Shown here one piece after another: positions 1-7,231 of a stretch of DNA of 10,115 bases (its first letter is position 1; the number at the start of each line of letters is the position of its first letter). The position numbers were made by a program, and so were the translations under genes. Source of the stretch: Thermoplasmata archaeon (GTDB lineage Archaea > Thermoplasmatota > SW-10-69-26 > JACQPN01 > JAJPHT01); the NCBI GenBank assembly GCA_034667685.1, contig JAXDQU010000093.1:1-10115 (forward strand). Direction: 5' to 3'. A model generated the notes under the pieces. The model did not search any database. It saw only the letters and a list, made by a program, of their open reading frames with translations, and was not told where the DNA came from.

Positions 1-63
1 TTGCCGCCATCACGCCAAGACGCCAACACGCCGCGTGTTGGCGTCTTGGCGTGATGGCGGCAA
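1..63. repeat. Perfect 30-bp inverted repeat (long hairpin/cruciform) with a 3-nt loop, built from degenerate 8-mers
   Basis: Bases 1-30 (ttgccgccatcacgccaagacgccaacacg) are the exact reverse complement of 34-63, with loop ccg at 31-33. The arms contain cacgccaa/gacgccaa/cacg units. The repeat may extend past the window start. Confidence 0.95.
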
Positions 64-77
64 GCGAAGCGCCACGC

Positions 78-97
78 AGAAAATGAAAAGAGAGAGA
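78..97 (-). terminator. Candidate archaeal-type pyrimidine/oligo-U terminator for the minus-strand cluster
   Basis: The minus strand reads TCTCTCTCTTTTCATTTTCT about 55 nt after the stop of the large surface-protein gene. Such a tract is conspicuous in GC-rich DNA, and the long hairpin follows it. Confidence 0.45.
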
Positions 98-151
98 CCT
101 CGCAGCCATGCAGCAGGTTGTGAAACAGGATCTAGGCGGGCGGGGCCGCCC

Positions 152-3100
152 TCAGGATCGTCGCGCGCGCCGCAGGACGAGCGCGAGCGCGGCCAGGCCC
201 GCCAGCACGAGCGCGGGCTCCGGCCCGGGCAGCAGGTGCGGCACGACCTTGGCGACGCTCTGCCCGAAGCTGGGATCGTAGACGACGGCGTTCTGCTGCG
301 TCGTGAGGATCTGGTTGCCCGCGAAGTCGCTGCCGCCGAGCACGAAGACGTACGTGCCGCGCGGGAGCGTCGCGGGCGCCTGCCACGAGACGACCCAGTG
401 GCCGTTCTGGTAGCCGACGTCGGGCTTGACGCTGCTCGCGCGTCCGTCGACCAGCAGCGCGACGCTCGGCTTGCCCTTGACGTCGTCGAGCAGCGCGTTG
501 GTGTTCTGATAGCGCGCGGTGAAGCTCGTCGTGAGGACCTGGCCCTCGCGGAGCGACTCGGTGGGGATCGGCGAGTCCCACTGCGCGAGGATCGTCGAGG
601 TGCGCAGGATGAAGGGGCGGCTCTGCGCGCTGATCTGGTTGCCATGGCGGTCCCCGCCCTTCATCGTGACGAGGTACGAGCCGGGCGGCGTCTGCGCGTC
701 GGTGACGAAGCGCGCGACGTAGCGCCCGGTGGTCGGGTTGACCGTGCTGGCCAGGAGCGTGACGCTCGTGGGATCGTGGCCGGCGAGCGAGCCCGAGGAG
801 GCGTCGCCGTTGGGGCCGTAGTAGGCGAGGCTGAACTGCGCGGACGTGTCGTCCTGGCCCACGGGCACCTCGACGACGATCAGGTCGCCGCGCACGTTGT
901 CGATGGGCGCGTCGGTCGCCACGCCGCGCGAGAAGGCGCCCGGCGCGAGCTTGAACGTGGAGGAGCGAAGCGTGGGGAAGCTGTCGCCCGCGACCGCGCT
1001 GCCGCTCATCTCGAACCAGTAGTCCGCGCCCGCGTCCGCGTCGGGGGGCGGGGGCCAGCTCGCGCTGAAGGTGAGCCCCTCGCGCGTGACCTGCGCGTCG
1101 GCGACGATGCCCGAGGCGTTGAAGACCGTGGCCTTCGGCGTCGCGGTGTCGAGGTAGAACTCGCCGTTGGGGTACGTGATGCCGAAGAGCGCGGTGGCGG
1201 CGCTGCCGCGGGCGACGGCGCGCGCGGGGTTGCCGATGATCTTGCCCGCCAGCTGCGTCGCCTGCACCTCGATGGGCGGCACGAGCACGTCGATGTGGTT
1301 GCCGCTGCGGTCCGCGCCCTCCAGGCGCAGCGAGTAGCGGCCGCTGGGCGCGTCGAAGGGCACGCCCCAGCTCGCATTGAAGAGCAGGTCCTCGCTCACC
1401 AGCGTGGGCGGCGGGACGGAGCTGGGCCGGCCCTCGTAGAGCACGGCGCGCCTGAAGATGATATCACCGGGCTGGCGCTCGAAGGAGAACGCGAACGACT
1501 CGCCCTTGGAGACGTTCTCGGGCGGGTCGACGAAGAAGATGCGGCCCACGTCCGCGGGCGTCACGGTGAAGTTGGCCGAGACGCCCACGACGGCGTGGCG
1601 GTCCTGCTGGCGCCCTTGGAGCACGAAGCGGTAGACGCCCACGTTCGTGTCGATGGTGATCGGGAAGAGGCCGAGGTGGTTGGGCTCCGAGTCGAGCTCC
1701 AGGACGTCGTCGGCCTTGCGCTCCCAGAGCTTGCCCACGGGGTCGAAGTAGTCGACGTGGATCGTGGGCAGCCCGGTCCCGTCGAGGCCCGTGTCGCCCA
1801 CGATGCCGTCGAAGACGACGCTGGCCGTGTCGCCGCGCTGGAGCGTGACGGGCGGCTGCGAGACGACGCCGCGCGGGCGCGCCGAGGCGAACGTGCGGAA
1901 CGGGTGCGAGACGCCGTCCGCCAGCAGCATGTTGCCGTCGCGGTCGCCGCCGCGCACGACGAAGACGAACGTCCCCTCGAAGAGGTCCACGGGGACCTGG
2001 TAGTCCACCGCGTACTGGTGATAGTCGCCGTTGTAGGGCGGCAGCAGCTTGGCGATGGGATCGCCCGTGGGCGCGCGCGTGACGGGGTCCCAGCGCATCA
2101 GGTAGACCGCGAGCGTGGGGCCCACGTCGACCGCGGCGCTGTCGTCGACGCTCTGGCGCAGGATCGAGAAGCGGAAGTGCGTCTTGTTGCCGATCTCGGC
2201 GTCGAAGGGCTGCGCCTCCTCGCGGAACTCCAGGGGCGAGCCGATGAACGTGCGGTTGAACGACGTGTGGTTGACGTTCGGCGGCGTGACGTTGTCCGCC
2301 ACGTCGAGCGCGAACGTCCACGCGCCCAGGGGCGAGTCGGTCTGGTTGGAGCGGATCGGGAGCGAGCCGTACCAGTGGCCGCTGTAGGGATCGCCCAGGA
2401 GCGTCACGGGCACCGTCGTGACCGCGCCCCCGTCGGTCGTGCGCTTCGTGACGAGCGCGGTGAGCGTGCGCGTGTGGCCGTCGGGGTTGGGCACCGCGGT
2501 GTTGTTGAACGGCGAGCCGTCGCCGTAGGAGACGTCCGCGTTGAGGAAGAGCGTGTCGTCCGCGCGCACGATCGGATCGCCGCGCGAGCCCTCGAAGACG
2601 GTGGAGAACGTCACGCGCGGCGAGCCCACGACGACCTGGAAGGGGATCGTCAGCGTGTTGGGCACGGTGTTGTTCCACGCGTCCTTGTCCTGCTGGAGGA
2701 CGAGCTTGTGCGCGCCCAGCGTCGCGTAGTCGCGGGCGTACTGATGGCGCGCGTGCCACACGCCGTCCTTGTAGGAGAGCGTGACGAGCTGGTCGCTGGA
2801 GGCCGAGGTGCAGTCGCCGCCGGTCTGCGCGTCGCGGATGAAGCAGCCCGTCAGCGGCGAGGCGTTCACCTTGTCGTCGAAGAGCTCCCCGTCGTGATAG
2901 CGGATCGCGAGCTGGACGTCCACCGGGTCGGTGCGCGCGACGCTGTCGAGCCCCTTGACGACCGAGACGTCGAGCGTCGCGGGCTGGAGCGTGTAGTTGG
3001 CGAGCGGGAAGGCGTCGACGACGTTGGAGTAGCGGTCGCGCGACTGCGAAAGCGCGAGCTGGTAGGCCACGAGCGAGCCGTTCGTCGCCGCGTCGCGCGG

Positions 3101-4270
3101 CGGCGTCCAGGTGCCCTGCCAGCGCTGCGTGTCGGGTTGGTACGCCAGAAGCACCTGCGCGACCGTCGCGGGCGTGGGCACGTCCTGGCGGATCACGTTC
3201 ACGCGCAGCACGTGCGTGCCGGTGAGCGGGTCCACGGGCACGCGCGCGTCCGTGAGCGGCACGCGGAAGCCCTGGTCGCCGCCCGGATAGGCGAGGAGGA
3301 CGCCCACCGTGACGTTCTGCGTGCGCTCCACGCGGGCATAGGGCGGCGTCGCCGCGGCCGCGGGCGCGGTGAAGACCTGCCCCTCGGACGTCAGGTGTGC
3401 GGGCGCCACCTGGAAGTCGACGGACTCGGCGTCCTTGCCCGTGCCGCTCGCGCTGACGCGATAGCAATGCACGAGGTCGCTCCCGCAGCCCGCGAAGTTC
3501 GCCGCCTCGTCGGGCGCGTAGCGGAAGCGGCAGAACTGCCCCGTCGTCTGCTTGACGCACGAGAATTCCTGGAGCGACACGGGCACGTAGCGCGACCCCT
3601 CGCGGCGCTCCACCGTGAGGTTGAGGCGCGCGCTGTCCGAGTAGCCGTACATGTGGATCTCGTGGTGCTCGCCGGGCGACACGGTCGCGTTGTCGCCCAC
3701 GAACGAGTCCTGGAGCCACGTGCCGAACCCGCGCTGCGGCTGGACCGCGCCGCGCACCACGTAGGCCGTCACGACCCACGTGCTGTTGTACGTCCCCGCA
3801 CCCTCGGCGCCCGCGGGCAGGCCCGTGGAGAGATCGGTGAACTGGTCGGGGAACACGAGCCGGTCGGCCACGTTGCCGTCCCACGTCCCCTCGAACGTGC
3901 GGCCCTCCGTGTCGCCGTTGACGTGCTTGCAGCGCGTCGCGCACTCCACGTCGAAGGTGATCGCGCCGTTCGTGTTCGCGTTGAGCGTCATCGCGACCCT
4001 CTCGCCCTCGAAATAGTTCGCCTCGTCGAGCTGCGCCGGCGAGCCCGCGCCCGGATTGAGCCCCGTGCTGGGACCGCTGCTCGACGCCGACGCGCTGGGG
4101 CAATCGTTCGCGGTGTCTCCCGGCCGCAGGTGATAGCCGTAGAAGCAGATCGCGTACGAAGGCTGCGTCGGGCTCCCCGACACCTGCGCCTCGCCCACCG
4201 GAGCCAAGGCTGGCGCGAGGAGCGTCAACGCGAGGAGGACGAACCCTCCGGTGCGGAGCCTGGCAACCAT
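152..4270 (-). CDS. Large secreted cell-surface (S-layer/adhesin-like) glycoprotein, 1372 aa, with tandem Ig-like beta domains and a C-terminal PGF-CTERM-like anchor
   Basis: ATG at 4270 gives signal peptide MVARLRTGGFVLLALTLLAPALAPVGEA; the upstream part of the listed ORF is a shadow of the CPBP gene. Recurrent motifs are Y-x-[DNG]-G (AYPGG, RYHDG, SYGDG, TYPNG) and D-x-x-[GSN]-N (DRYSN, DAWNN, DRDGN, DRSGN, DRHGN, DFAGN). There are many N-x-S/T sequons and several Cys in the N-terminal region. The C-terminus is PGPEPALVLAGLAALALVLRRARRS. Confidence 0.88.
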   Translation of the reverse strand: MVARLRTGGFVLLALTLLAPALAPVGEAQVSGSPTQPSYAICFYGYHLRPGDTANDCPSASASSSGPSTGLNPGAGSPAQLDEANYFEGERVAMTLNANTNGAITFDVECATRCKHVNGDTEGRTFEGTWDGNVADRLVFPDQFTDLSTGLPAGAEGAGTYNSTWVVTAYVVRGAVQPQRGFGTWLQDSFVGDNATVSPGEHHEIHMYGYSDSARLNLTVERREGSRYVPVSLQEFSCVKQTTGQFCRFRYAPDEAANFAGCGSDLVHCYRVSASGTGKDAESVDFQVAPAHLTSEGQVFTAPAAAATPPYARVERTQNVTVGVLLAYPGGDQGFRVPLTDARVPVDPLTGTHVLRVNVIRQDVPTPATVAQVLLAYQPDTQRWQGTWTPPRDAATNGSLVAYQLALSQSRDRYSNVVDAFPLANYTLQPATLDVSVVKGLDSVARTDPVDVQLAIRYHDGELFDDKVNASPLTGCFIRDAQTGGDCTSASSDQLVTLSYKDGVWHARHQYARDYATLGAHKLVLQQDKDAWNNTVPNTLTIPFQVVVGSPRVTFSTVFEGSRGDPIVRADDTLFLNADVSYGDGSPFNNTAVPNPDGHTRTLTALVTKRTTDGGAVTTVPVTLLGDPYSGHWYGSLPIRSNQTDSPLGAWTFALDVADNVTPPNVNHTSFNRTFIGSPLEFREEAQPFDAEIGNKTHFRFSILRQSVDDSAAVDVGPTLAVYLMRWDPVTRAPTGDPIAKLLPPYNGDYHQYAVDYQVPVDLFEGTFVFVVRGGDRDGNMLLADGVSHPFRTFASARPRGVVSQPPVTLQRGDTASVVFDGIVGDTGLDGTGLPTIHVDYFDPVGKLWERKADDVLELDSEPNHLGLFPITIDTNVGVYRFVLQGRQQDRHAVVGVSANFTVTPADVGRIFFVDPPENVSKGESFAFSFERQPGDIIFRRAVLYEGRPSSVPPPTLVSEDLLFNASWGVPFDAPSGRYSLRLEGADRSGNHIDVLVPPIEVQATQLAGKIIGNPARAVARGSAATALFGITYPNGEFYLDTATPKATVFNASGIVADAQVTREGLTFSASWPPPPDADAGADYWFEMSGSAVAGDSFPTLRSSTFKLAPGAFSRGVATDAPIDNVRGDLIVVEVPVGQDDTSAQFSLAYYGPNGDASSGSLAGHDPTSVTLLASTVNPTTGRYVARFVTDAQTPPGSYLVTMKGGDRHGNQISAQSRPFILRTSTILAQWDSPIPTESLREGQVLTTSFTARYQNTNALLDDVKGKPSVALLVDGRASSVKPDVGYQNGHWVVSWQAPATLPRGTYVFVLGGSDFAGNQILTTQQNAVVYDPSFGQSVAKVVPHLLPGPEPALVLAGLAALALVLRRARRS

Positions 4271-4299
4271 GGCTGGCGCTCGCTTCCGAACGACCGGAC

Positions 4300-5304
4300 T
4301 TAACCTTTGTTGTGCATGGTCGGACCGCGCCCCCGCCCCGCGAGGCGCCCCAGGTCGGCCCACAGGATCCGCACGGGCTCCCCGCGCGTGCGCACGAGGG
4401 CCCAGACGGAGAGCGCGCAGAGGGCCAGGAGGACCGCGCCCAGCGCGAGGGCGCCGGCCGTGCCGTGCGTGGCGACGTAGTCTGGCGCGACGCTGAGGCC
4501 CAGCGAGACGACGTCGACGCTCGCGTGCAGCACGGCGGTGACCCAGACGCCCAGGTGGCGGGCGACCCAGGCCATGCCGAGGCCGAAGGCGAAGGGGCCC
4601 ACGACGTGGCTCCACGTGCCGTAGCCGCTGTGGATCAGGCCGAAGGCGAGCGCCTGGAGGAGGGCGGCGGCGAGCCAGGGCATGCGCCTCGAGAGCCAGG
4701 TCAGAAGGACGCCGCGGAAGAGCATCTCCTCGCCGACGCCCGCGAGGGCCGATAGCAAAAGGACGAGCGGGATCGTGATGTTCTGCCAGTAGCGCGTCTC
4801 GTCGCCGTTCGCGGAGAGGGCGGCGAGGGCCGTCTGCTCCAGGAGGAGCGCCACGAGGTAGGCGGCGGCGATGAAGAGGAAGAGCGCGGCGCCGCGGGCG
4901 AGGTCGCGCCGCCACGTGGCGCGGGGGGCGAGGTCGTGGGCGGCGAGCGCGTCGCGCAGGGGCTCGCGGGGGGCGCGGCGCGAGGGGAACCCCGGCACGG
5001 CATTGTGCAGGATCAGGAGCCCGGCGAAGGGGAGGCCGACGTCGTAGACCGCGTCGAAGAGCGCCTGGCTCCAGAAGGCGGAGACGGGCGGCGCGGCGAG
5101 CACGGTGAAGTGGAAGAGGACGCCCGCGACGACGACGGTGCCGTAGAAGTCGAGCCCGAAGCGGACGAACGGCGTGAGGACGAGGCCGAGACCGATGGCC
5201 TGGATCCACGTCCACTCCTTGCGCCAGGCCATCGGGGCGAAGCCGCCCAGCCACGCGACCGCCAGCACGAGCAGGTCGTACTGGTCGCGCGTGAGCGGGG
5301 GCAT
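4300..5304 (-). CDS. CPBP family (type II CAAX/Abi, Rce1-like) intramembrane glutamic endopeptidase, 334 aa
   Basis: Polytopic membrane protein with the three family motifs EExxFR (GEEMLFRG), FxxxH (FGLIH) and HxxxD/N (HASVD). It starts 4 nt after the rpe stop. Confidence 0.92.
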   Translation of the reverse strand: MPPLTRDQYDLLVLAVAWLGGFAPMAWRKEWTWIQAIGLGLVLTPFVRFGLDFYGTVVVAGVLFHFTVLAAPPVSAFWSQALFDAVYDVGLPFAGLLILHNAVPGFPSRRAPREPLRDALAAHDLAPRATWRRDLARGAALFLFIAAAYLVALLLEQTALAALSANGDETRYWQNITIPLVLLLSALAGVGEEMLFRGVLLTWLSRRMPWLAAALLQALAFGLIHSGYGTWSHVVGPFAFGLGMAWVARHLGVWVTAVLHASVDVVSLGLSVAPDYVATHGTAGALALGAVLLALCALSVWALVRTRGEPVRILWADLGRLAGRGRGPTMHNKG

Positions 5305-5308
5305 GAGA

Positions 5309-5962
5309 TCAGCCGCGCAGCGCCTGTACGAACGTGCGCTTGTCGCCCGCGTGGCCGAAGAAGGCGTTGCCCGCGACGAAGGCGTCGGCGCCGGCCTTGC
5401 GGCACAGCGCCCCGGTCTCGGCGTTGACGCCGCCGTCCACCTCGAGCGTGGCGTGGCTGCCGGCGGCGTCGAGCATGGCGCGCGCCTTCTCGATCTTCGG
5501 CACCATGCTGGCGAGGAACGACTGGCCCCCGAAGCCCGGGTTCACAGTCATCACGAGGAGGAGGTCGAGGTCGCCCAGCACGTGCTCGACGGCGCTCAGG
5601 GGCGTGGCGGGGTTGATGGCGACGCCGGCGCGGCAGCCGTTCTCCTTGATCTCCTGGATCGTGCGGTGGAGGTGCGGACACGCCTCGGCGTGGACGGTAA
5701 GCCCGGTCGCGCCGGCCTTGGCGAACGCGGTCAGGTAGCGCTCGGGCTCGACGATCATCAGGTGCGTGTCGAAGGGGAGGCGCGTGCGCTTGCGGAGCGC
5801 GGCCACGACGGGCGGCCCGAACGTGATGTTGGGGACGAAGCGGCCGTCCATGATGTCCACGTGGACCCAGTCCGCGCCGCTCTCCTCGATGGTCCGGAGG
5901 CCGCCGGCGAGGTCGGCGAAGTCGGCGGAGAGGATGCTCGGCGCGACGCGCGTCGGACGCAT
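5309..5962 (-). CDS. rpe: Ribulose-phosphate 3-epimerase
   Basis: Signature motifs APSILSADF, HVDIMDGRFVPNITFG, DTHLMI, TVHAE, AINPATP, VMTVNPGFGGQSF and EVDGGVN are all present. ATG at 5962 is preferred over GTG at 5980. Confidence 0.97.
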   Translation of the reverse strand: MRPTRVAPSILSADFADLAGGLRTIEESGADWVHVDIMDGRFVPNITFGPPVVAALRKRTRLPFDTHLMIVEPERYLTAFAKAGATGLTVHAEACPHLHRTIQEIKENGCRAGVAINPATPLSAVEHVLGDLDLLLVMTVNPGFGGQSFLASMVPKIEKARAMLDAAGSHATLEVDGGVNAETGALCRKAGADAFVAGNAFFGHAGDKRTFVQALRG

Positions 5963-5993
5963 GGCGCGCCATGAGGGCACTCCCCGGAAAGCC

Positions 5994-6155
5994 CTATCGG
6001 AGGTGGAGCACGTGGAGCGTGGCCTCGGCGTCGGGGCCCTCGTCGGTCATGAGGCGCTCGCCCCGGTCGAGGACGAGGAAGCCGGCGTGGGCGAGCCGCT
6101 GGGCGAAGTCGCGGGCGTGGCGGGTGGGGACCGTCAGCGTCGTCTCGAAGGGCAT
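5994..6155 (-). CDS. Small hypothetical protein, 53 aa (not in the ORF track)
   Basis: Translates as MPFETTLTVPTRHARDFAQRLAHAGFLVLDRGERLMTDEGPDAEATLHVLHLR*. Nearly every codon ends in G/C, GAGGG lies just upstream of the ATG, and it fills the gap between co-oriented genes. Confidence 0.65.
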   Translation of the reverse strand: MPFETTLTVPTRHARDFAQRLAHAGFLVLDRGERLMTDEGPDAEATLHVLHLR

Positions 6156-6231
6156 CGGCCCTCGATCCGGGCGGCGGCCGTGAGGGGGGCGGTTACTTCC
6201 CCAGGCCCGTTCGTCGCGCGGAACTGGAACG

Positions 6232-6453
6232 CTACGGCGCAGCCGGGGCGGGCGTCGCCGGGCCCTGCAGGTGCGCGAGCTCGGGGAACCGGTTCTGCTG
6301 GAAGTAGCGCTCCAGCGCGATCTCGACGGTGTCGCTGATGCTCTGTCCCTTGAGCACCTTCAGGGTGTGGAGCTTGATGTGGTAGCCCACCGGGATCTTG
6401 ACCTTGATCTCCTTCCCGTGCTCCGCGCGTTGCCTCTCAGCCTCGATCATCAT
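6232..6453 (-). CDS. Small ribbon-helix-helix-like DNA-binding protein, 73 aa
   Basis: MMIEAERQRAEHGKEIKVKIPVGYHIKLHTLKVLKGQSISDTVEIALERYF shows an alternating beta strand (KEIKVKI), a helix, a G-x-S-I-S turn and a second helix, which is the RHH pattern. GGAGG lies upstream of ATG 6453. Confidence 0.72.
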   Translation of the reverse strand: MMIEAERQRAEHGKEIKVKIPVGYHIKLHTLKVLKGQSISDTVEIALERYFQQNRFPELAHLQGPATPAPAAP

Positions 6454-6534
6454 TTGCCTTCCCTCCAACCGGCTTGCACCGGCTGCAACGGCTCCACACG
6501 ATTGGACTGGAATATGAGTATCGTTTCGTGCGGA

Positions 6535-6552
6535 CTCTGGACATATCCAGAG
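6535..6552. promoter_or_regulatory. Palindromic operator candidate CTCTGGA-cata-TCCAGAG
   Basis: Perfect 7-bp inverted repeat with a 4-nt spacer in the relatively AT-rich region between two divergent regulator genes. The half-site CTCTGGA recurs at 6684-6690. Confidence 0.55.
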
Positions 6553-6597
6553 GTGCGGCCCAGGAGTTGACATTTTTCCGGATGCAGGGTCGAGGGT

Positions 6598-6607
6598 CCT
6601 TATAAGG
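6598..6607. promoter_or_regulatory. Palindromic TATA box candidate (ccTTATAAgg), usable in either direction
   Basis: TTATAA core matching the archaeal TATA consensus, located in the divergent intergenic region. Confidence 0.55.
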
Positions 6608-6654
6608 GGTGCAGCCGGCGGGTTCCAAGTGTTCCAGTTTCCCCCGTGCGGTCC

Positions 6655-6670
6655 AAGGAATGTTTTAGAA
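6655..6670 (+). promoter_or_regulatory. BRE/TATA-like element for a probably leaderless padR-like transcript
   Basis: Purine-rich AAGGAA followed by TTTTAGAA, ending about 25 nt before ATG 6695. Confidence 0.4.
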
Positions 6671-6694
6671 GAGGTGGCGCCCGCTCTGGAAGGG

Positions 6695-7231
6695 ATGGCC
6701 GAGGCGGGACCCAAGCTCCTCAAGGGGCTCCTGGAGGTGTTCGTCCTCGAGAGCCTCGACCAGCAGCCCAAGCACGGCTACGCCCTCCTCAAGGAGATCA
6801 CCGAGACCTTCGGCAGCGAGCCCAACCGGAACCGGCTCTATCCCCTGCTCGCGAAGATGGTGCGCGACGGATACATCCGCGAGGTCTCCGAGTCCGGCGG
6901 CAACCGCACGCTCTACGCCCTGACCGATACGGGACGCGAGGCGCTGCACGCCTACCGCCGCCTCCCCGGCGCGTTCCGGCACGCGCTGCGCCGCATCTGG
7001 AGCGTGGAGATCCCGCACGCGGCCGCGTCCGCGGCCGCGCCCCAACCCCAGCCCCAGCCCGGCGCCCTCCCCTACCCGTGCCCCGACGCCCGCGTCGCGA
7101 TGGAGAAGGACCCCACGAGCGGCGACCTGACGCTTCGGCTCACCGGCTGCCCCATGGGCGCGTACGCCTACTGCCCGCAATGCCCGGTCCACCAGGCGAT
7201 GGCGGGCGTGCGGAAGCTGATTCTCCCATAG
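6695..7231 (+). CDS. PadR family transcriptional regulator with a C-terminal four-cysteine domain, 178 aa
   Basis: PadR motifs LLKGLLEVFVLESL, PKHGYALLKEI, LYPLLAKMVRDGYI and RTLYALTDTGREAL are followed by an Ala/Pro/Gln linker and C-x22-C-x7-C-x2-C-P-V-H. ATG at 6695 is preferred as the start. Confidence 0.9.
   Translation: MAEAGPKLLKGLLEVFVLESLDQQPKHGYALLKEITETFGSEPNRNRLYPLLAKMVRDGYIREVSESGGNRTLYALTDTGREALHAYRRLPGAFRHALRRIWSVEIPHAAASAAAPQPQPQPGALPYPCPDARVAMEKDPTSGDLTLRLTGCPMGAYAYCPQCPVHQAMAGVRKLILP

Noticed and set aside
1-63. Hairpin telomere of a linear replicon or virus
   Set aside because: Unique sequence with chromosomal-type genes such as rpe follows, and there are no protelomerase, replication or viral genes in the window.
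1464-4103. 879-aa minus-strand ORF and other Arg-rich alternative-frame ORFs (for example 5013-5972, 6646-7404, 7399-8853, 7671-8978, 9041-9811)
   Set aside because: These are frame or strand shadows of well-supported genes, with low-complexity composition.
35-4303. 1422-aa plus-strand ORF
   Set aside because: It is the antisense shadow of the surface-protein gene. It is Arg/Val/Ala/Gly-rich with no motifs, as expected when GC3-biased codons remove stops on the opposite strand.
4271-5254. N-terminal 328 aa of the listed 1700-aa ORF
   Set aside because: This Arg/Pro-rich out-of-frame translation overlaps the CPBP gene. The signal peptide starts at ATG 4270.
5994-6453. RHH antitoxin plus small toxin (type II TA pair)
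   Set aside because: The 53-aa ORF lacks PIN, RelE or HicA motifs and sits 76 nt from the RHH gene rather than being translationally coupled, so the call cannot be supported.
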